Positions 61,431 through 64,000 of a stretch of DNA of 64,000 nucleotides are shown piece by piece. The position numbers and the translations under genes are program-made. The stretch lies in NCBI RefSeq assembly GCF_000315625.1, contig NW_005434673.1, positions 1,256,011 through 1,320,010 on the forward strand, read 5' to 3'. Position 1 is the first letter of the stretch. Each line of letters opens with the position of its first letter. The notes beneath the pieces were generated by a model. That model worked only from the letters and a program-made list of their open reading frames with translations, was not told the DNA's origin and searched no databases. The DNA is from Guillardia theta CCMP2712 (taxonomy: Eukaryota > Protista > Cryptophyta).

Positions 61431-62713
61431 GTTACAAAACGGTTGAGAAAGGATGGCTTCCGTATGGGAAGTTGGAGGGATTGAGGGGGTAGTGGTAGTC
61501 ATTTGTTAGGTACTTGACATACCAAACGAGTATCAGAAAGGAGGTAGGGGTGTAGAGGATAGGGGTACTGGAGGAAATGTGAACAGCGAAGGGTGATTCG
61601 ATACAACCTGGGGGGTAGGGGTTGTGGTCTATTTCGGTGGAGCAAAAATGTTCGCGCTGGTGAGTAACAAGCGAGATGAAGCAGAGGAAGTGGAGGCAGC
61701 GACGATGGCGAGGATGAGGATGATGATGATAATGTAGAGGGAGGGAGGAAGGAAGACGATGATAGAAAGGTGGTGGTACAAAAAGAGTTTTATGCTGATT
61801 GCGTCATATTCCACTGTGGAATAATGTTTTGGGCTAGGGCAGCGGAGTGTAGAGGATGAGGTCAGGAACATGCAAAGGGGATAGCGAAAGCTATTGGCTT
61901 TCAGGGGAAGATGGTCATTGAAGTAAGAGCATATGGGCTTCATGAGAGACGGGCGAACTCCTGTTGTGAGGCTAAGGGTGTGATGAAAGGTTGCTCTGAA
62001 ACGTTGAAAGGAGGTGGAAAGGAGGAAGGCGAGGAAAAGCTTGAGAATAATTGTAGTTCCGAGTGAGAACAGACTTAGATGTGTGTGTAGGGAGGGGTGT
62101 GGGGGGATATGTAGTGGGTTAGCTGTGTTTGTGGTTGTGTAGTAGTTGAATTGTGACTGTTTGAGGAATGAAAGGCAAGGTTTTGAACTCCATTCGAAGA
62201 GTTTTCGAAACTATCTTCCAAACATTTGAGCGTTTCTGACTGTATATGTTCTAGTTGCGTGCGGTCGAAGAAAACAGTTCGGAGAAGAAAGACTGGTATG
62301 GATGATTCTGTCGCGTTGCTTCGTGATGTGACTTTGTGATAGGAACGACAAGTTCTCGTGGTTTACAAACCGTGAGTGCAACAAGATCACCACCATTCAC
62401 GGCGAGAAGGAGTCGATGTCGGTCAGTGACTGCATGTGGAGAAAAATGAATGTTGAAAGCTTGTTTCAGGACACCTGCAGCGGTTTTCCACAGAGGAACA
62501 ACCAGTTCTAATCTGTCATTCACAAATCTACTATATCCCATGTTCCGCTAACTTGACGGATCTCGCCTACTTGTGATGTCTTGTTCGACGTATCTTCTAT
62601 TTGAAGCTGCAGAACCTTTGTTGTCGATGCATTATTGTTTCAACAATGCTGCGGCGATGCATGTTTAAGTAAAAGCTGTTTGGCACGAAGCGTCTTTTGT
62701 CTTATCTCGGTTT

Positions 62714-64000
62714 TCACGGCCAATGATGAGAGGATCGTGAGAAGGAATCATCAGTATTCTCCGCCTCATCCACAGCTTGAGAACTCGATGCTTCCCCCAG
62801 ATCCCTCGTGTCTCTGCCTCGCCGCATCCTCGTTGTCATCCCTGCCCACGAGCTCTTCCTCCTCTTCTTCCTGATCGAGGGCAAGACATCTTTTACGAGC
62901 TTTGCTACACGATCTCGTGTGAGATACCATCCCGGGTAGTCCTGACCGAGAAGCAGCATCAACTGATCCAGGTCCTCCTCCTCAAGCTCACTGTCCTCCC
63001 CCCTCAGCGCCTCAAACTCGTTTGGGTACGAGTTGAGGACGGAGGCCATGGCTCGCTGCAGTGAGGATCGGGCTGGTCGACCGGAGTGCAGGAAGCGGCA
63101 AGTCTTGCCGTTCAGGCAGAAGCCATTGCGCATGTAGAAGTCACACGAGCGAGGCTTCCTCTGCCAGGTGAAGTCGGAGGACGCCAAGGTCACGTTCATC
63201 TCCTCTAAGCCCTTGTCGGTCTCCCTTATGAGCCACAGCTCCTCCTCCTCTACCGCAAAGAGCTGAAGGCCGTCTCCCGAGGACGCAGTCGTGTTGCCTC
63301 CAGGAGAAGTCCAGCTGACGGTCACCTGTATGGAGCGTGAGGTTCGTCCGAGATAAAGTTTAAGGGGAACATTTTCGGGAGGCGGCGGTTCCTCCTGTCG
63401 CCACTTATTCTGATTCAACTGCTCTCTCAAAGCATGCCCAAGATCGTCAGCTCGTAGGAACAAGCTCGAGAGATCCTGCAAAGGCAGAGATGAGAGAGGT
63501 TTCAAGACAGGATGTGAGAGATTACATCGTAAGTTTGTTCTTGTGAAAAATTCTGTATGGCCCCATCAACAACAAAACAAGCAACAACACAAGTTACCCG
63601 AGATCTCTCCAGCGCTCTTGCATGCGATACGAATGATTGATGAAGAGTCTCCGACTGATTCGACAGAAGCTTTAGTAGAGCTTCCTGCTCCTCGTCCAGC
63701 ACCAAATCCTCTGAGACGTCAGGGAGAGGCAGTGAAAGTTCCTGGGACAGTTCCTTCATCACACCTTGCATTATCTCAGCCTTTTCCGCCATCGATATCG
63801 CATCCTTGGTCTGCTCCCACACCAGCAGCTTGCGCTTGTCGATTTTTGCTCTGCTCTGCGAGTGCGAGCGAGCAGAAGGAGAGTTGTCGTCCTCGACCCT
63901 CGAGACATTCCGATAGAAGGGAATCACCTGAAACTTGATGGCCGAGCTCCAAGCTCCTCGCATATTCTTGGAGTATCCACGTGGGGGAGCACGGAACACA
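62714..64000 (-). CDS. CCCH zinc-finger protein (5' partial)
   Basis: KPRSCDFYMRNGFCLNGKTCRFLH in a 263-aa ORF, with upstream exons running to the window end. Confidence 0.75.

Noticed and set aside
61629-62700. Short minus-strand ORFs, perhaps a small spliced gene at ~62250-62630
   Set aside because: No recognisable homology; support insufficient.
1-64000. tRNA, rRNA or snRNA genes, transposases and reverse transcriptases
   Set aside because: No cloverleaf, conserved RNA motif or RT/DDE signature recognised by eye. tRNAscan-SE, Infernal and RepeatMasker would be needed to exclude them.

Overview
Eukaryotic nuclear DNA, gene-dense, with many short GT-AG introns, long polypurine/polypyrimidine and microsatellite tracts, and three 100-N assembly gaps. 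A bipartite plastid presequence with an ASAF motif and the intron style suggest an alga with a red secondary plastid, most likely a cryptophyte such as Guillardia (inference). I reconstructed about 22 genes by hand across the supplied ORF fragments, so exon boundaries are approximate. They are: an ABO-like GT6 glycosyltransferase, a three-copy family of small orphan genes, an ankyrin protein, APS reductase (APR-B type with a thioredoxin-like domain), AFG1 ATPase, an NYN-HTH-SAP nuclease, a TrmJ-like methyltransferase, a large C2/pseudo-caspase/Fn3-associated/RCC1 protein, CTF18, a GT2+GT4-like fusion, BBS8, an HhH-GPD glycosylase-like protein, an SVOP-like MFS transporter, coiled-coil proteins, LRR proteins and zinc-finger proteins. 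The most notable observations are the metal-dependent-type (DVD) GT6, the degenerate caspase-fold domain, the homogenised orphan gene cluster with a fold-back fragment, two classes of intergenic islands with a conserved 30-bp inverted motif, a micro-exon/intron tandem array, and a perfect 38-bp intronic hairpin. No tRNA, rRNA, CRISPR array or transposase was recognised.
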